A DNA stretch of 64,000 bases from Podarcis melisellensis (taxonomy: Eukaryota), in the NCBI GenBank assembly GCA_964234715.1, contig OZ174276.1; one strand, 5' to 3'. Positions 63,366 through 64,000 of this stretch are shown in pieces. A model generated the notes under the pieces. It worked only from the letters and a program-made list of their open reading frames with translations. It ran no database searches and was not told where the DNA came from. The translations under genes were made by a program, and so were the position numbers. Each line of letters begins with the position of its first letter. Position 1 is the first letter of the stretch.

Positions 63366-64000
63366 ACCCAAGTGCTTTGTGCAAATGGCTGCCCTTTGTG
63401 TTTGCACTTTGCTCACCCACTATGCTTGGAAACTCCTCAGAGAAGCACCTCTACGTCTGCATCCTGGTGTGGCGTATGGCAGGGCCAGTCACGGTGTTAA
63501 TCACAGCTCCAGCTCTGCATGAACACCCAGGCTTTTAAGTATTTAATCATGTGAAATCCAGTGTGGGAAAGCATTTCTAGAAAGAGCTCTTGTTTCAAAT
63601 GAGGAGTAGGAGGGATTTATTCTCTTTGCAAACGGGCCTCAGAATGCTGCTCTGCCCAGATTCAGTAGGAAATAATCACCTCCTTTCTCCCACTCTGCAC
63701 AAGACTGTTTATCTTCTTGCTTGCTATCCATGGTTGTAAGAAATGTCAGCATGGTTACTGATGGTGGAATTCAGTACTGCCAGTCCCAGTCCCCTTTCAA
63801 GTCACTTTCTAGGAAGATGTTTAAAATCCACATAAATGAGGTGCAAATAACCTCACTATGATAGTCTGTAATCTGTTGCGTTGTCATTACCAAATCCAGA
63901 ATGGAGGTAGTTGATCCTGGTAAGGTGCAACTGGCTGGAATATGCAAGATAACTTGGGACAGTTACATGCCCAGATCCAATAGTCTGCCCTTGAACGAAA

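Noticed and set aside
62000-64000. Start of AATK, expected next by synteny
   Set aside because: No CpG island or recognisable AATK coding exon inside the window.
1-64000. CRISPR arrays, rRNA, snoRNA or prokaryotic-type systems
   Set aside because: Intron-exon vertebrate DNA; no regularly spaced repeats or convincing structured-RNA gene motifs seen.

Overview
Vertebrate genomic DNA, very probably a squamate lizard (lacertid-like SINE, MITE, L2 and BovB content; species is inferred). It carries the conserved block syntenic to human 17q25.3. In order: the last two coding exons of SLC38A10 (+), complete NDUFAF8 (-, 3 exons, 70 aa), complete TEPSIN (+, 13 coding exons, 585 aa) head-to-head with NDUFAF8 across a CpG/CCAAT-rich bidirectional promoter, and complete CEP131/AZI1 (+, 25 coding exons, 1101 aa). 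I traced exon boundaries by hand and the phases are consistent. Introns hold L1, L2 and BovB LINE fragments, tRNA-derived SINEs, hAT and Tc1/mariner MITEs (several nested, with readable TSDs) and microsatellites. Most notable observations: a clear U12-type intron in TEPSIN; a candidate in-frame 30-nt CEP131 microexon; a GAG-GAG acceptor and an in-frame alternative acceptor in CEP131; an inverted L2 pair bracketing CEP131 exons (circRNA/dsRNA architecture); competing inverted repeats in NDUFAF8 intron 1; and a candidate non-autonomous Helitron 3' of CEP131. I found no evidence of a wholly novel protein-coding system.
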